A stretch of DNA of 61,119 bases, the filler included, from a bacterium (GTDB taxonomy: Bacteria; JAJRZV01), in the NCBI GenBank assembly GCA_024275095.1. It is 8 parts of 8 records of this genome, joined end to end, with 100 filler letters (N's around TTAATTAATTAA, not from the genome) between each part and the next. Parts side by side here need not be neighbours in the genome. Positions count along the whole stretch, not along the records: positions 1 to 3,216 come from JAJRZV010000112.1; positions 3,317 to 8,195 come from JAJRZV010000113.1; positions 8,296 to 16,065 come from JAJRZV010000009.1; 5 more parts are not named here. The stretch is one strand, 5' to 3'. The notes beneath the pieces were generated by a model, which was not told the origin of the DNA, made no database searches, and was given only the letters and a program-made list of their open reading frames with translations. The translations under genes and the position numbers were made by a program. Positions 1-9,579 of the stretch are shown here, piece by piece. How positions within the stretch are numbered: the first letter of the stretch is position 1; the number at the start of each line of letters is the position of its first letter.

Positions 1-727
1 CGCTACCGCTCATGCCACAGGTCCCGGCTTCGCCCACCTGTTCCTGGAACCTGTCAAAATAGCTCAAAAAGGCTTTGTTTTGCCAGCGATAATATTCGAG
101 GAACCGATTGAATATCATTTTTTTCAGGTCGCTGAATGTGTAGCTTCTTTTTTTCTCAATGAGGTGCTTCTCGTAATCCCAACTGTCAATTTCTGTGTAC
201 GCCCTTGAGGTTGGGATTTCAACAGGTGGCACCAGTACCACGAAGTACAGCGGATTCTTCACTTCCACCGGTGTCACTTTCTCACCGATACCGGAGACCA
301 CTGCTGCTGGCCCGTTGAGAAAAAACGGTACGTCTCCTCCCACGTGGTAAGCGATCTCGTTCATGTCGAGTTTTGGCGTGTCAGGGCAAAAGTACCGGAT
401 CACCGAAGCGGCGTTGCTCGATGCACCGCCCAGCCCCGATGGATGAGGTATGTGTTTGTGAATGTAAAAAGAATGTGCGTCGCGATACAGACCGTTTTTC
501 CTGAGAAACGCAATGGCTTTGTACACTGTGTTTCGCTCGTTGACCGGTACGGCGGGATCATTGCACTGGATAAGGGTGCGGTCGTGTTTTTTTATTTCCA
601 CGGTGTCAAAAAGATCAATTTTTACCATGAGAGACAAGATGTCGTGATAGCCGTCTTTACGTACTCCCAGTACTTCGAGGAAAAGGTTGAGCTTGGCAGG
701 ACAGAGAAGTTGCAGCTGTTGCGTCAC
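1..727 (-). CDS. ispE: 4-diphosphocytidyl-2-C-methyl-D-erythritol kinase (3' end runs off the window)
   Basis: Not in the ORF track; translated by hand from GTG at 727: MTQQLQLLCPAKLNLFLEVLGVRKDGYHDILSLM..., with GHMP motif PHPSGLGGASSNAA and GMSGS at the window edge. Confidence 0.93.
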   Translation of the reverse strand, partial: MTQQLQLLCPAKLNLFLEVLGVRKDGYHDILSLMVKIDLFDTVEIKKHDRTLIQCNDPAVPVNERNTVYKAIAFLRKNGLYRDAHSFYIHKHIPHPSGLGGASSNAASVIRYFCPDTPKLDMNEIAYHVGGDVPFFLNGPAAVVSGIGEKVTPVEVKNPLYFVVLVPPVEIPTSRAYTEIDSWDYEKHLIEKKRSYTFSDLKKMIFNRFLEYYRWQNKAFLSYFDRFQEQVGEAGTCGMSGS

Positions 728-1770
728 GGTTTTTTCGCGAGTGCGGCCTCCAGTATGACGGGAGCATTGATGCGTTTTTCAAAAACGCTGCACACCTTCT
801 GCACCCCCCCGGTTCTCAACACGCTGGATTTGCTGAGTATGCGATCGATGATTTCCGAGACTTTCATGGTTTCTTCCGAGACGAGGATGAGGGGTATGCC
901 CTCGGATTCTGCGCGTGCAACAACAGATCCGCTCGGGTGAATACCGCCTGTAACAATGATGACCTTCACACGCGCCTCTATCGCCGCGGCGATGGATTCG
1001 GTACGGGAGCCTGATACAACCACCGCCCAGTCCGGGTTTTTGCGGTACCGTGAAAGTGCACGGTCGTGTGGCAGTGCTCCCACGTGTATGCCGGTAATAA
1101 CCTCGTCCAGTTTGTCTTCACCAACGATGGGTTCTCCCCCCAGTTCCTGGAGGATTTCTTTTATCGTGATGCCCATCAGCGCTCGCTCAATGGTAACAAG
1201 TCCCAGCACCTCGGCGCCGCGTCGTTTAAGGAACGGCACCGAAACTTTTTCAATATGTGTGAGCCTTTCCAGAGGAATGCGGTTAATGATGATACCGTGC
1301 AATTGAGTCTTCAGAATGCCGGCTGTCCACGCGCCACGGTCTTCCAAGAAGGGCTCGTCACCCCTTTCCACCATGAGCACTTTTTCCTGAAGGTTGCTTG
1401 CAAGGCTCACAAGGTCAAGCCCCATTGATGCACCGCGACAGATACCCTGGGGTGCCTCGACGAACACAACATCCGCCCGCGCTTTTAATTCAGCGTGTAT
1501 GTTCTTGAGCATTTCCACGGGTTCTGCTTGCTCCTCTTTTTCACTGATGAAGCGCTCTTCCTCATGTGGTTGAAGAAGCCAGGCCGAGCGGCAGTCCAGG
1601 TCCCGAAAAATCTCTCTGAGACTGAGTACATCTCCGTCCTCGCTTTTGTCTCCGGGTATGCCCAGTGCCTTTAAGTAAGCAGGTTTGAGCCCCTGTCTCC
1701 GAGCTTCTTCTATAAGATAGGAAATCAGTAGAGTCTTGCCTGAATTTACTGAAACTGAGCCCACAATCAT
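724..1770 (-). CDS. BioD-like/DRTGG domain protein (phosphotransacetylase N-terminal-like)
   Basis: N-terminal SGKT P-loop and C-terminal DRTGG-like segment (SGSRTE...VTGG). Start placed at ATG 1770 behind a GGAGGTGA RBS. Confidence 0.85.
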   Translation of the reverse strand: MIVGSVSVNSGKTLLISYLIEEARRQGLKPAYLKALGIPGDKSEDGDVLSLREIFRDLDCRSAWLLQPHEEERFISEKEEQAEPVEMLKNIHAELKARADVVFVEAPQGICRGASMGLDLVSLASNLQEKVLMVERGDEPFLEDRGAWTAGILKTQLHGIIINRIPLERLTHIEKVSVPFLKRRGAEVLGLVTIERALMGITIKEILQELGGEPIVGEDKLDEVITGIHVGALPHDRALSRYRKNPDWAVVVSGSRTESIAAAIEARVKVIIVTGGIHPSGSVVARAESEGIPLILVSEETMKVSEIIDRILSKSSVLRTGGVQKVCSVFEKRINAPVILEAALAKKP

Positions 1771-1774
1771 TTTG

Positions 1775-3216
1775 TCACCTCCCGGAAAAAATACCCCTCG
1801 CATCAAGTGCAACCACTCCCATGCCTTCTTCACGAACAACCAGCGGGTTCATCTCCACTTCCAGCAACTCCTCATTTTCTACCACGAGCTGGGAAAACCT
1901 CAGGAGGGTTTCTCTTAACGCCTGTATGTCCCCCCGCTTGCGTCCTCTGAAGCCTTTAAGCATGGGAATGGAGCGCACCTCGCTGAACATTTTGTCTACC
2001 GATTCTTCGCTTAACGGTGCTAGCCTGTATGAGATGTCTTTCAGGATTTCCACATAAATTCCACCGAGTCCAAACATGATGAGAGGACCGAAGTCAGGGT
2101 CGCGCTTCATACCAACAATGACCTCGGCTATGCCGTGGATCATTTCTTCCACGACAACACCGACAATCCGGGCTTCAGGCAATTTTTTTCTTACCCGGAG
2201 TATAAGGGAAGAGTAAGCCTGCTGAAGGGAAAGACTGTCTTCTATCCCGACGATGACCCCCCCTATTTCCGTTTTGTGGATGATGTCAGGAGAGGCGATT
2301 TTTATCACCACCGGGTATCCGATGGATTTGGCGGCCTTTACGGCTTCGTCGGCACTGACTGCAAGGATTTTGCGAGGAGTTTTGATGCCGTAAGCCCTGA
2401 GAATGTCCAGCGCTTCGGGTTCCATCAGGTGCCTGCGGCCGTCCTGAGCAGCCTGTCGGAGGATTTCCTGTACACGTACTGGAGAGACGTCCCGGAACGT
2501 GCGGTATGTAAGACTTCTGAGAGAGCGCTCTCTCAGGGCCTTGTAATAACTTGCAAGCGCTTTCACTGCGTCCTCGGGAAACGAAAAAGCAGGCAGCCCT
2601 TTTTCAGTAAACAGCTTTCTTCCTTCTTCGGCCTTTTCACCCCCGATAAAAACCCCCAGAATGGGAATTTTCTCTGCGAAATGCAGGCATGTGCGTGCAA
2701 TGGCCGGGATGTCGGTCATGGATTGCGGTGTGATCACAAGAATAACAGCATCAACAGCTCCGTGAGATGAAACGATGTTCAGGACCTTCTCGAACCTTTC
2801 TGCGCCTGCATCACCGAGCACATCCACCGGGTTGGAAGAAGATGCCTCCGGTGGGAGGTTCTGGCTCAATTCCCGAACAACGTTCTGAGGCAGGTCTGCT
2901 ACCTTGATGACTCCACCCGTGCGGTATTCAATAAGGTCAGAGGTGATAATTCCCGCTCCGCCTGCATTGGTGAGTATGAGCACCTTGTTGCCAGATGGGG
3001 CGGCCGATGAGGATGCCACCCATGCGGCATTGAAGAGCTCGGAAATGCTTTCAACTTCTACGGCTCCTGCACGCGCGAGCCCGGCCATCCATGCCTCGCG
3101 GGACCCTGCAATGGAACCTGTGTGAGAAGAGGCGGCTCTTACGCCTGCTTCGCTGACGCCTCCACGGAGTATGAATATCGGTTTATGTACTGCCAGCTTG
3201 GATGCTGCTTCCACAA
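1775..3216 (-). CDS. ADP-forming acetate/acyl-CoA ligase, alpha-beta fusion (5' truncated)
   Basis: SSHTGSIAG phospho-His motif, TNAGGAG, NPVDVLGDA, and ATP-grasp motifs GYPVVIK..SPDIIHKTEIGGV and FGPLIMFGLGG. Confidence 0.92.
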
Positions 3217-3316
3217 NNNNNNNNNNNNNNNNNNNNNNNNNNNNNNNNNNNNNNNNNNNNTTAATTAATTAANNNNNNNNNNNNNNNNNNNNNNNNNNNN
3301 NNNNNNNNNNNNNNNN
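3217..3316. other. Artificial contig spacer
   Basis: N run with TTAATTAATTAA linker. Confidence 0.99.
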
Positions 3317-3318
3317 AT

Positions 3319-3921
3319 ATGGCACGTCGCAGTTATACTGCTGGAAGTGTCATCGTGGAGCAGGACGAAGCGGGAGACTCTCTTTATATCATTGCTCAGG
3401 GACGAGCCAAGGTATGTATCATGGGCGAAGATGGTAACGAAGTGCTTCTTTCCATACTGAAAGAGGGTGACTTTTTTGGGGAGATGTCGGTTATAGACCG
3501 TAAGCCCAGGTCTGCATCGGTGGTTGCTCTTGACGATTGTGAACTTTTTACCATCACGCGCAATGCATTTCTTGAAATGATTAGAGAATGTCCTGAAATC
3601 TCCCTGAATATACTTTATGTAATGAGCGAACGACTCAGGAGGGCTGACGCACAGATAGAGAATCTTGCGCTTCTTGACGTTTACGGTCGTGTGGCCAGGT
3701 TTCTGCTCGATTTAGGAGCCAATGAAGGGGTGGAAGAGGGGGGGAGGATCACGGTGCACAATCCTCCCAAGCAGGCAGAAATTGCTACTGCTGTCGGTAC
3801 CACCAGGGAAACGGTTAGTCGTGTTATGAAGGACCTCCAGAGACAGGGATACATATACTATGAGCCCGGGAAACGCCTGGTCATTAACGAGCCCCTTCCT
3901 GAATCCAGGAAGGGATCCTGA
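3319..3921 (+). CDS. CRP/FNR family transcriptional regulator (probably 5' truncated)
   Basis: cNMP-binding motif FFGEMS...PRSASV and HTH QAEIATAVGTTRETVSR. Confidence 0.93.
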   Translation: MARRSYTAGSVIVEQDEAGDSLYIIAQGRAKVCIMGEDGNEVLLSILKEGDFFGEMSVIDRKPRSASVVALDDCELFTITRNAFLEMIRECPEISLNILYVMSERLRRADAQIENLALLDVYGRVARFLLDLGANEGVEEGGRITVHNPPKQAEIATAVGTTRETVSRVMKDLQRQGYIYYEPGKRLVINEPLPESRKGS

Positions 3922-4408
3922 TATTTTCAGGCGGCGGACACGCGGGAGAATAGCCTGTAACCTGAAAACCGGCACCTGTTGAATAGAGTCCTACAAAAGT
4001 CATCATTCGTATTACCTGAAGCAAATTTCTGGCTGGGCCAAGGCGCGAATTGGCAAATATTTTCAGCAATTTCTCTTTTTGTGTACGACTCAGGTATTTA
4101 AAAGAGCGTCCAAAACGCATGTACGCAACTACATTGAGTAACCGAAGAAGTAAGCGCAGGCCTTTTCTCAACGAAGGATCGAGGTGTCCGAAAAAAAACA
4201 TGAATTTTTCTTCAACTTCTTTAAGATTTAGATTCTCCTGGTCGATGCTCAAGGGCAAATAAGCTGTTGCCAGTACAACAATGTCCGAAGAAATATCATT
4301 GACTGCAGGAGTTTTCTCAACAGGCTTGTTGATTTGCTTGCTTTTTGTTGCGGCAATGCTCAGTGTGGTACCCAAGGCAGGCATTTTCAAAAATGTGCGT
4401 CTTTTCAT
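3884..4408 (-). CDS. Tat-exported protein, gluconate 2-dehydrogenase subunit 3-like
   Basis: Twin-arginine motif KRRTFLK; C-terminal IRMMTFVGLYST...TGYSP pattern. Confidence 0.6.
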   Translation of the reverse strand: MKRRTFLKMPALGTTLSIAATKSKQINKPVEKTPAVNDISSDIVVLATAYLPLSIDQENLNLKEVEEKFMFFFGHLDPSLRKGLRLLLRLLNVVAYMRFGRSFKYLSRTQKEKLLKIFANSRLGPARNLLQVIRMMTFVGLYSTGAGFQVTGYSPACPPPENIRIPSWIQEGAR

Positions 4409-6126
4409 GGCGTATCAATCCTCCTCACGAGAGTTGCTCCTTCATGAAATTGAGTGGCACTGGTGTACCAGTCAGCAAGTACTCCCTTGGTAACTGCCGG
4501 GGGCTTGGGCCGGAATGCTTGAAGCCTTTGGTACAGTTCCTCTTTTTCTACCAGGAGTGAAATGCTGCCTTTCTCCACATCTATTTCAATAAGGTCATCG
4601 TCCTTCACAACAGCGATTGGTCCGCCTGCCTGTGCCTCTGGAGAGACGTAGCCCACGTAGAGGCAGCCGGTCGTGGCACCGGAAAAACGGCCGTCGCTGA
4701 TTACAGCAATATTTTTAATACCAAAGAAACCTGCCACCAGAACTACCTGGAAATTTTCTACAAATCCAGGACCTCCGCGGGGTCCCTGGTAACGTAATAC
4801 CACCACATCACCGGGTTTTATGTCTCCGGCAATAAGTGCTGCGATAGCGTCGTCCTGATTGTCGAAACACCGGGCAGGCCCTTTTATTCGCATGAGCGCC
4901 CCTTCAACTGTAGGGCGTGCGAGGGCCCCATCAGGAGCGAGATTGCCTTTAAGTACGTATATTGCACATCTGTCTTTAACCGGGCTGGTTGCTGGTTTTA
5001 TAACGCGTTCGTCAGGCTGAACATCACGCACAAGCTTTTCCCATGTGTCGCCAGTGACAATCGAACGATTGAGATGGAGTAAAGGCTCAAGCTGTTTCAT
5101 TACTGCAGGTACACCACCCGCGCAGTGAAGATCTATCAGATGGTGAGGACCACTGGGTCTGAACGCCCCCACAAGCGGAGTATAATTTAATACCTCACTA
5201 ATATCATCAATGGATATGTTCACGCCTACTTCTCTGGCAAGGGTGAGAAGGTGAAGTATTCCGTTGGTCCCCCCTGCGAGTGCTCCTGTAACGCGCACGG
5301 CATCGAGTAAAGCTTCTCGGGTAACAAATCTGGAAAATGTCAGATTACTGCGTGCCAGTTTTACAGCGAGTATGCCTGTTTCCTTGGCCAGTGCAATTTT
5401 TTCATTGTAGACCGCGGGACACGTTGATGATCCTGGAAGGCAGAGTCCCAGCACTTCCGTGGCTATTTGAACCGTATTGGCTGTTGTCATTTCCGGGCAT
5501 GCACCTGCTGTAAGTATCCAGCAAGCCTCGCATGCAGAAAGTGTCTGCCTGGCTCTGCTTAAGGACAAATCACGCGCTTTTACTTTCTGTGCAACCTTCC
5601 CCACAATCTCCGTTGGAAAGACAGTTTCTTCGCCATCGAGTTTACCCGGCAATGCAGGCCCGCCTGTAATGAAAATTGTGGGCAGGTCCAGACGTGCTGC
5701 GGCAAGCCACAGACCCGGTATGCTTTTATCACACGTGCCGATGCACACGAGCGCATCTGGTACTATGTTCTTTACCTGGATCTCCACCGCATCTGCAATT
5801 GCTTCTCGCTGTGGGAGGTCGTAGTGCATGGCGCGGGTGGTAAAAGCTTTTTCGCGGGCGTAACCACCACATGGACCGATAGTGTTGAACATAATCGGTG
5901 TTCCACCACCTAAATAAATCCCGGCTTTAACTGCTTCTCCCAATTTATCCAGGTGCATGTGTCCGAGGGTACTTTCGGAGTATGTATTGGCGACGGCGAT
6001 TAAGGGTCTTTTTAATTCTTCTTCTGTGTACCCTGAGGCTCGATAGAAGAATCTATAGCTGCGTAGCAATCCTAAACGCGAAATTAAATCTATCCCGGCC
6101 TGTGCAAGTTTGCTTTTCCAGGTCAT
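4405..6126 (-). CDS. ilvD: IlvD/Edd family dehydratase (divergent dihydroxy-acid dehydratase)
   Basis: CDKSIPG, GAC..MTTANT, GNLAPDGA, RYQGPRGGPG and SDGRFSGAT motifs. Confidence 0.85.
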   Translation of the reverse strand: MTWKSKLAQAGIDLISRLGLLRSYRFFYRASGYTEEELKRPLIAVANTYSESTLGHMHLDKLGEAVKAGIYLGGGTPIMFNTIGPCGGYAREKAFTTRAMHYDLPQREAIADAVEIQVKNIVPDALVCIGTCDKSIPGLWLAAARLDLPTIFITGGPALPGKLDGEETVFPTEIVGKVAQKVKARDLSLSRARQTLSACEACWILTAGACPEMTTANTVQIATEVLGLCLPGSSTCPAVYNEKIALAKETGILAVKLARSNLTFSRFVTREALLDAVRVTGALAGGTNGILHLLTLAREVGVNISIDDISEVLNYTPLVGAFRPSGPHHLIDLHCAGGVPAVMKQLEPLLHLNRSIVTGDTWEKLVRDVQPDERVIKPATSPVKDRCAIYVLKGNLAPDGALARPTVEGALMRIKGPARCFDNQDDAIAALIAGDIKPGDVVVLRYQGPRGGPGFVENFQVVLVAGFFGIKNIAVISDGRFSGATTGCLYVGYVSPEAQAGGPIAVVKDDDLIEIDVEKGSISLLVEKEELYQRLQAFRPKPPAVTKGVLADWYTSATQFHEGATLVRRIDTP

Positions 6127-6761
6127 TTCTCGTACATGCGTTCAATATCCTGCACTATTTTTTCGTGCATGAATTCTATAGACGCGGTCATAAGATTGAA
6201 TATGGGTTTCCTCAATGTGGCAGGAATGCGGATCATGTCAGGATTTTCCTGAATAATGCGGATTACTTCTCCCGTGGTTTTTACCTGCTCATCAACCAAT
6301 TTCAGCAGCACTTTTTTGTCCGGATACGCAGCGCGTACCAGCTCTTCGTATGTTTTGCCTTTGGCCTCCAGAATTGGGCGATAAATACGCAGTCTCGCTT
6401 CGAACTCTTTTTTTAAAGCATTCTTGAGCTTCTTGGATGCAGGATGGTCGGGTTTGGTGCGCACATAAAGTTCGTGGAGCTTTAAATAACCGTCCAGGTG
6501 CTCGGCAGCGACTTCCTTAATATCTGCATCCGGGTTTTTATGAGCTACATCCAGAACATAGTCGAAAATTCGGACGCCCCTGCGGGTAACCCCTTTCTTT
6601 TCCGCCCACTGGAAGAGTTCTCGTGCAACTCTACGCAGAAGTCTTCCAAAAATACCCTTGAAGCGTTCACCTATTTTTTCATCTATATATTCGAATCCTG
6701 TTGCAATTTCGTGTTCTACGCGCTGAAGAATGAGTGTTTTGTTCTTTTTGAAATCGGCCAT
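6123..6761 (-). CDS. Hypothetical protein, 212 aa, probably helical
   Basis: Open ORF with GAGGAGG RBS and ATGA overlap with the dehydratase gene. Confidence 0.8.
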   Translation of the reverse strand: MADFKKNKTLILQRVEHEIATGFEYIDEKIGERFKGIFGRLLRRVARELFQWAEKKGVTRRGVRIFDYVLDVAHKNPDADIKEVAAEHLDGYLKLHELYVRTKPDHPASKKLKNALKKEFEARLRIYRPILEAKGKTYEELVRAAYPDKKVLLKLVDEQVKTTGEVIRIIQENPDMIRIPATLRKPIFNLMTASIEFMHEKIVQDIERMYEK

Positions 6762-6878
6762 GGAACCCTCCTCTTTAGAAATTCAGTGTTTAAATAAACA
6801 TTAAACCATCAGCCGTGCTTCTGTTCAATGGTAGAGTTTTGCAAAAATGTGGTATAAATTAACAATGAGGAGGTAAAG

Positions 6879-7259
6879 ATGACTTTCAAGGAAAGAATGA
6901 GAAGGGCGTGGGAGAAATTACGCTTCTTTTTTTACAGGCTCAGGCATCCTGAAGCCCGCAAACAAATTGTCCACGGGACGCGTGGAATTATTAATGATGT
7001 GAAGGGTGGAGTGGTTCTTTATGTAAAAACGGGCAGAGTGAAGATGCAGAAAATTAACGTTACCGGTCAAATCCGCAGGCATTATGAAGAACTGGGCATG
7101 ATTTACGAAACTCTTGTAGAGGCCGGTACGATTCAACCGGATGAAAGAGCGGCGGTGATTGTACGGGAGATAGCAGAATTGAAGGAAGAGCTGAAAAAGC
7201 TGGAAAGAGAGGAACAGCGCTCTTCGCTTACCCAACCTGAATCCAATGCAGGGCATTAA
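6879..7259 (+). CDS. Hypothetical protein with C-terminal coiled coil
   Basis: Strong AGGAGGT RBS; upstream TGnTATAAA element. Confidence 0.75.
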   Translation: MTFKERMRRAWEKLRFFFYRLRHPEARKQIVHGTRGIINDVKGGVVLYVKTGRVKMQKINVTGQIRRHYEELGMIYETLVEAGTIQPDERAAVIVREIAELKEELKKLEREEQRSSLTQPESNAGH

Positions 7260-7504
7260 GGCGTTACCTGGATTTTGAAAATATCAAATGCCTGTAATAT
7301 CCCCCCTGATGTACAATGCTCTCTTGAGAGTGTATGGTCCTGTGTAAATGAAGTGTTTGCTTTTATAAGTTGAGTTTCGGCCTCTGCATGTGCAATGCAC
7401 GCCTTTGGTAGTTTTTCGGGGTCGAGGATAGTAAACAGTATTTAAGCAGGTTGAATTTTATTGATGCATAAGAAATAATTATAAACACTCAACAAGATTC
7501 ACCT

Positions 7505-7577
7505 GGGGCCGTAGCTCAGTTGGGAGAGCGTGTGAATGGCATTCACAAGGTCGGGGGTTCAAGTCCCCTCGGCTCCA
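7505..7577 (+). tRNA. tRNA-Ala(GGC), CCA not encoded
   Basis: Acceptor stem GGGGCCG/CGGCTCC with G3:U70, D arm GCTCAGTTGGGAGAGC, anticodon arm TGTGA-ATGGCAT-TCACA, T arm GGGGG-TTCAAGT-CCCCT. Confidence 0.97.
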
Positions 7578-7599
7578 CACGTTTTATGTTTTTATGTGT

Positions 7600-7619
7600 G
7601 AAGGGACTTGAACCCCCGA
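7600..7619 (-). repeat. Inverted copy of the tRNA T-arm
   Basis: 7603-7619 is the exact reverse complement of 7551-7567; the match is 19/20 when extended to 7600 and 7570. Confidence 0.9.
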
Positions 7620-7870
7620 AGCCGGAGGCTGGGTATATTCAATGGAAGCGAGCGTAAGGCATCAAGGGAGGGGGTGCAGGTGAGCAGGAAGAGGTTGTGC
7701 GTTGGCCCAGGAAAAAGCGGAACAACTTCCCTTAAAAATATGAGAGAGTTTTTTCTCATGCGTGCATCTCCTGGATGGATCTTTTATTTTTATATCCTGT
7801 CACACCTGAGTCAAAGCTTAATTTCCCTGTTCACTCTGAAGAGATTTAGTGAGATAAATCTCAGCCGGAG

Positions 7871-8056
7871 TTATGAGCCCAGATGATGAGCAGGGCCTTC
7901 GCCAATTATAATACCCTGGTGAACCGTTCCCGGTGATACTGAATACCTCCTGGCTGCTTCTTCCACCGATAGCTCGCCTCTCGAAACCGCAAGCACGACC
8001 TTAAGTTTCTGCTCCAGCGGTATTTCTGCTCTCCTGCCCGTGCCTCACCTTCTCAT
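7871..8056 (-). pseudogene. IS3-like transposase OrfA (HTH) remnant
   Basis: Hand translation MRR*GTGRRAEIPLEQKLKVVLAVSRGELSVEEAARRYSVSPGTVHQ, with an early TGA. The contig edge at 8195 reads TGTATTGCCCC on the minus strand, like an IS end. Confidence 0.65.
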
Positions 8057-8195
8057 TTGAAACTGTTTTTATTTTATCCCTGACCCTTGAGCTGATTGAA
8101 TTCCTGCGGTGTTTTTCTATCTCTGCTTTGAAAGACCCTGATTTCTCCTCTGACCTCTCACTTAATGAACTTTTCGGTTCGGGTGGGGCAATACA

Positions 8196-8295
8196 NNNNN
8201 NNNNNNNNNNNNNNNNNNNNNNNNNNNNNNNNNNNNNNNTTAATTAATTAANNNNNNNNNNNNNNNNNNNNNNNNNNNNNNNNNNNNNNNNNNNN
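8196..8295. other. Artificial contig spacer
   Basis: N run with TTAATTAATTAA linker. Confidence 0.99.
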
Positions 8296-9579
8296 CTTCG
8301 GCACGATGGACGCAGCATTGGAGAACTTGTGGAACGGTTTATTGGTCGGAGAGGCAAATTACTATTTGCTGGTTTTACATTTTTTGCACTGATTCTTGTT
8401 GTTGCTGTTTTTGCCAACGTGGTGGCCAAAACCTTTATCAGTCGGCCACAGGTCGCTTCCTCTTCCGCGTATTTCATCATGGCCGCGGTTGGATATGGCT
8501 TTCTCACATATCGCCTGAGAGTGAAAGGTGGTCTGTCATTTGCCATCGCTCTGTTGATGGTTGTGGGTTCAGTATACCTGGGTTTTTTGAAAGGAATTAC
8601 GGGTACGTATACATTCTGGGTGATTATCCTTCTAATATATGTATATGTTGCTGCCACAGCTCCTGTGTGGATATTGCTGCAGCCCCGAGATTTTCTTAAC
8701 TCTATTATACTTTACGCACTTCTTGGAGCTTCAGTTGTTGGTGCATTTTTCAGTAATATTCATTTGAATATTCCGGTTTTTCGAAGTTTTACACCAGGAG
8801 AAATGGACTATCTTTTTCCTTTTCTATTCGTTACTGTGGCCTGTGGAGCTGTTTCAGGTTTCCATTCCCTGGTCTCGTCGGGTACGACGTCCAAGCAACT
8901 CGACCGCGAAACACATTCCCTTCCTGTGGGATATGGAATGATGCTCGTGGAGGGTTTGTTGGCCCTCGTTGCGCTGGCTGCAGCGGGGATAATGAGTTTT
9001 CAGGATTACTCTCAACTCCTTCATCAGAAAGGTGGGCCGGTAATGGTTTTTGCCACCGGCGTTGGGAAATTTCTTGTGGCGCTTGGCCTGAACGTTGACC
9101 AGGCGATAACTCTTTCTGCTCTTGCTGTTTCAGCCTTCGCACTTACATCACTGGACACATCCACACGCCTTGCTCGCCTGATACTGGAAGAGGTTTTCAT
9201 AGGCGAAGGACCTGCCGGGAAGATACGGTTTATCAGTACTTTCGTGGTGGTGATTTTCAGCGGTGCCCTTCTCCTGTCAGGCGGTGCAATTGTGCTGTGG
9301 CCCCTCTTCGGCTCGGCGAATCAACTTCTTGCCGCGCTCGCTTTGCTTGCCGTGTTCGTGTGGTTGAAAAATTCTGGACGTCTGAGCCTTTCATTCGTAC
9401 GGTATCCGATGTATTTTGTTTTTTCATTTACCACAGTGAGCCTTGTTATAACCGGATATAAAAATCTTATTTCCGGACGCTATTTCCTTGCTCTGGTGGC
9501 CGGGTTGCTTTTTGCTCTGGCAACTGTACTGGTGGCTGAATCCTTACGGGTTAAGGGGGTAAATAAAGATGCGAAGTGA
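8296..9579 (+). CDS. cstA: Carbon starvation protein A family transporter (5' truncated)
   Basis: PVWILLQPRDFLN, ACGAVSGFHSLVSSGTTSKQL, TSLDTSTRLAR and LWPLFGSANQLLA motifs. Confidence 0.95.
   Translation, partial: LRHDGRSIGELVERFIGRRGKLLFAGFTFFALILVVAVFANVVAKTFISRPQVASSSAYFIMAAVGYGFLTYRLRVKGGLSFAIALLMVVGSVYLGFLKGITGTYTFWVIILLIYVYVAATAPVWILLQPRDFLNSIILYALLGASVVGAFFSNIHLNIPVFRSFTPGEMDYLFPFLFVTVACGAVSGFHSLVSSGTTSKQLDRETHSLPVGYGMMLVEGLLALVALAAAGIMSFQDYSQLLHQKGGPVMVFATGVGKFLVALGLNVDQAITLSALAVSAFALTSLDTSTRLARLILEEVFIGEGPAGKIRFISTFVVVIFSGALLLSGGAIVLWPLFGSANQLLAALALLAVFVWLKNSGRLSLSFVRYPMYFVFSFTTVSLVITGYKNLISGRYFLALVAGLLFALATVLVAESLRVKGVNKDAK

Noticed and set aside
344..940. 198-aa plus-strand ORF
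   Set aside because: Antisense shadow of ispE and the DRTGG gene.
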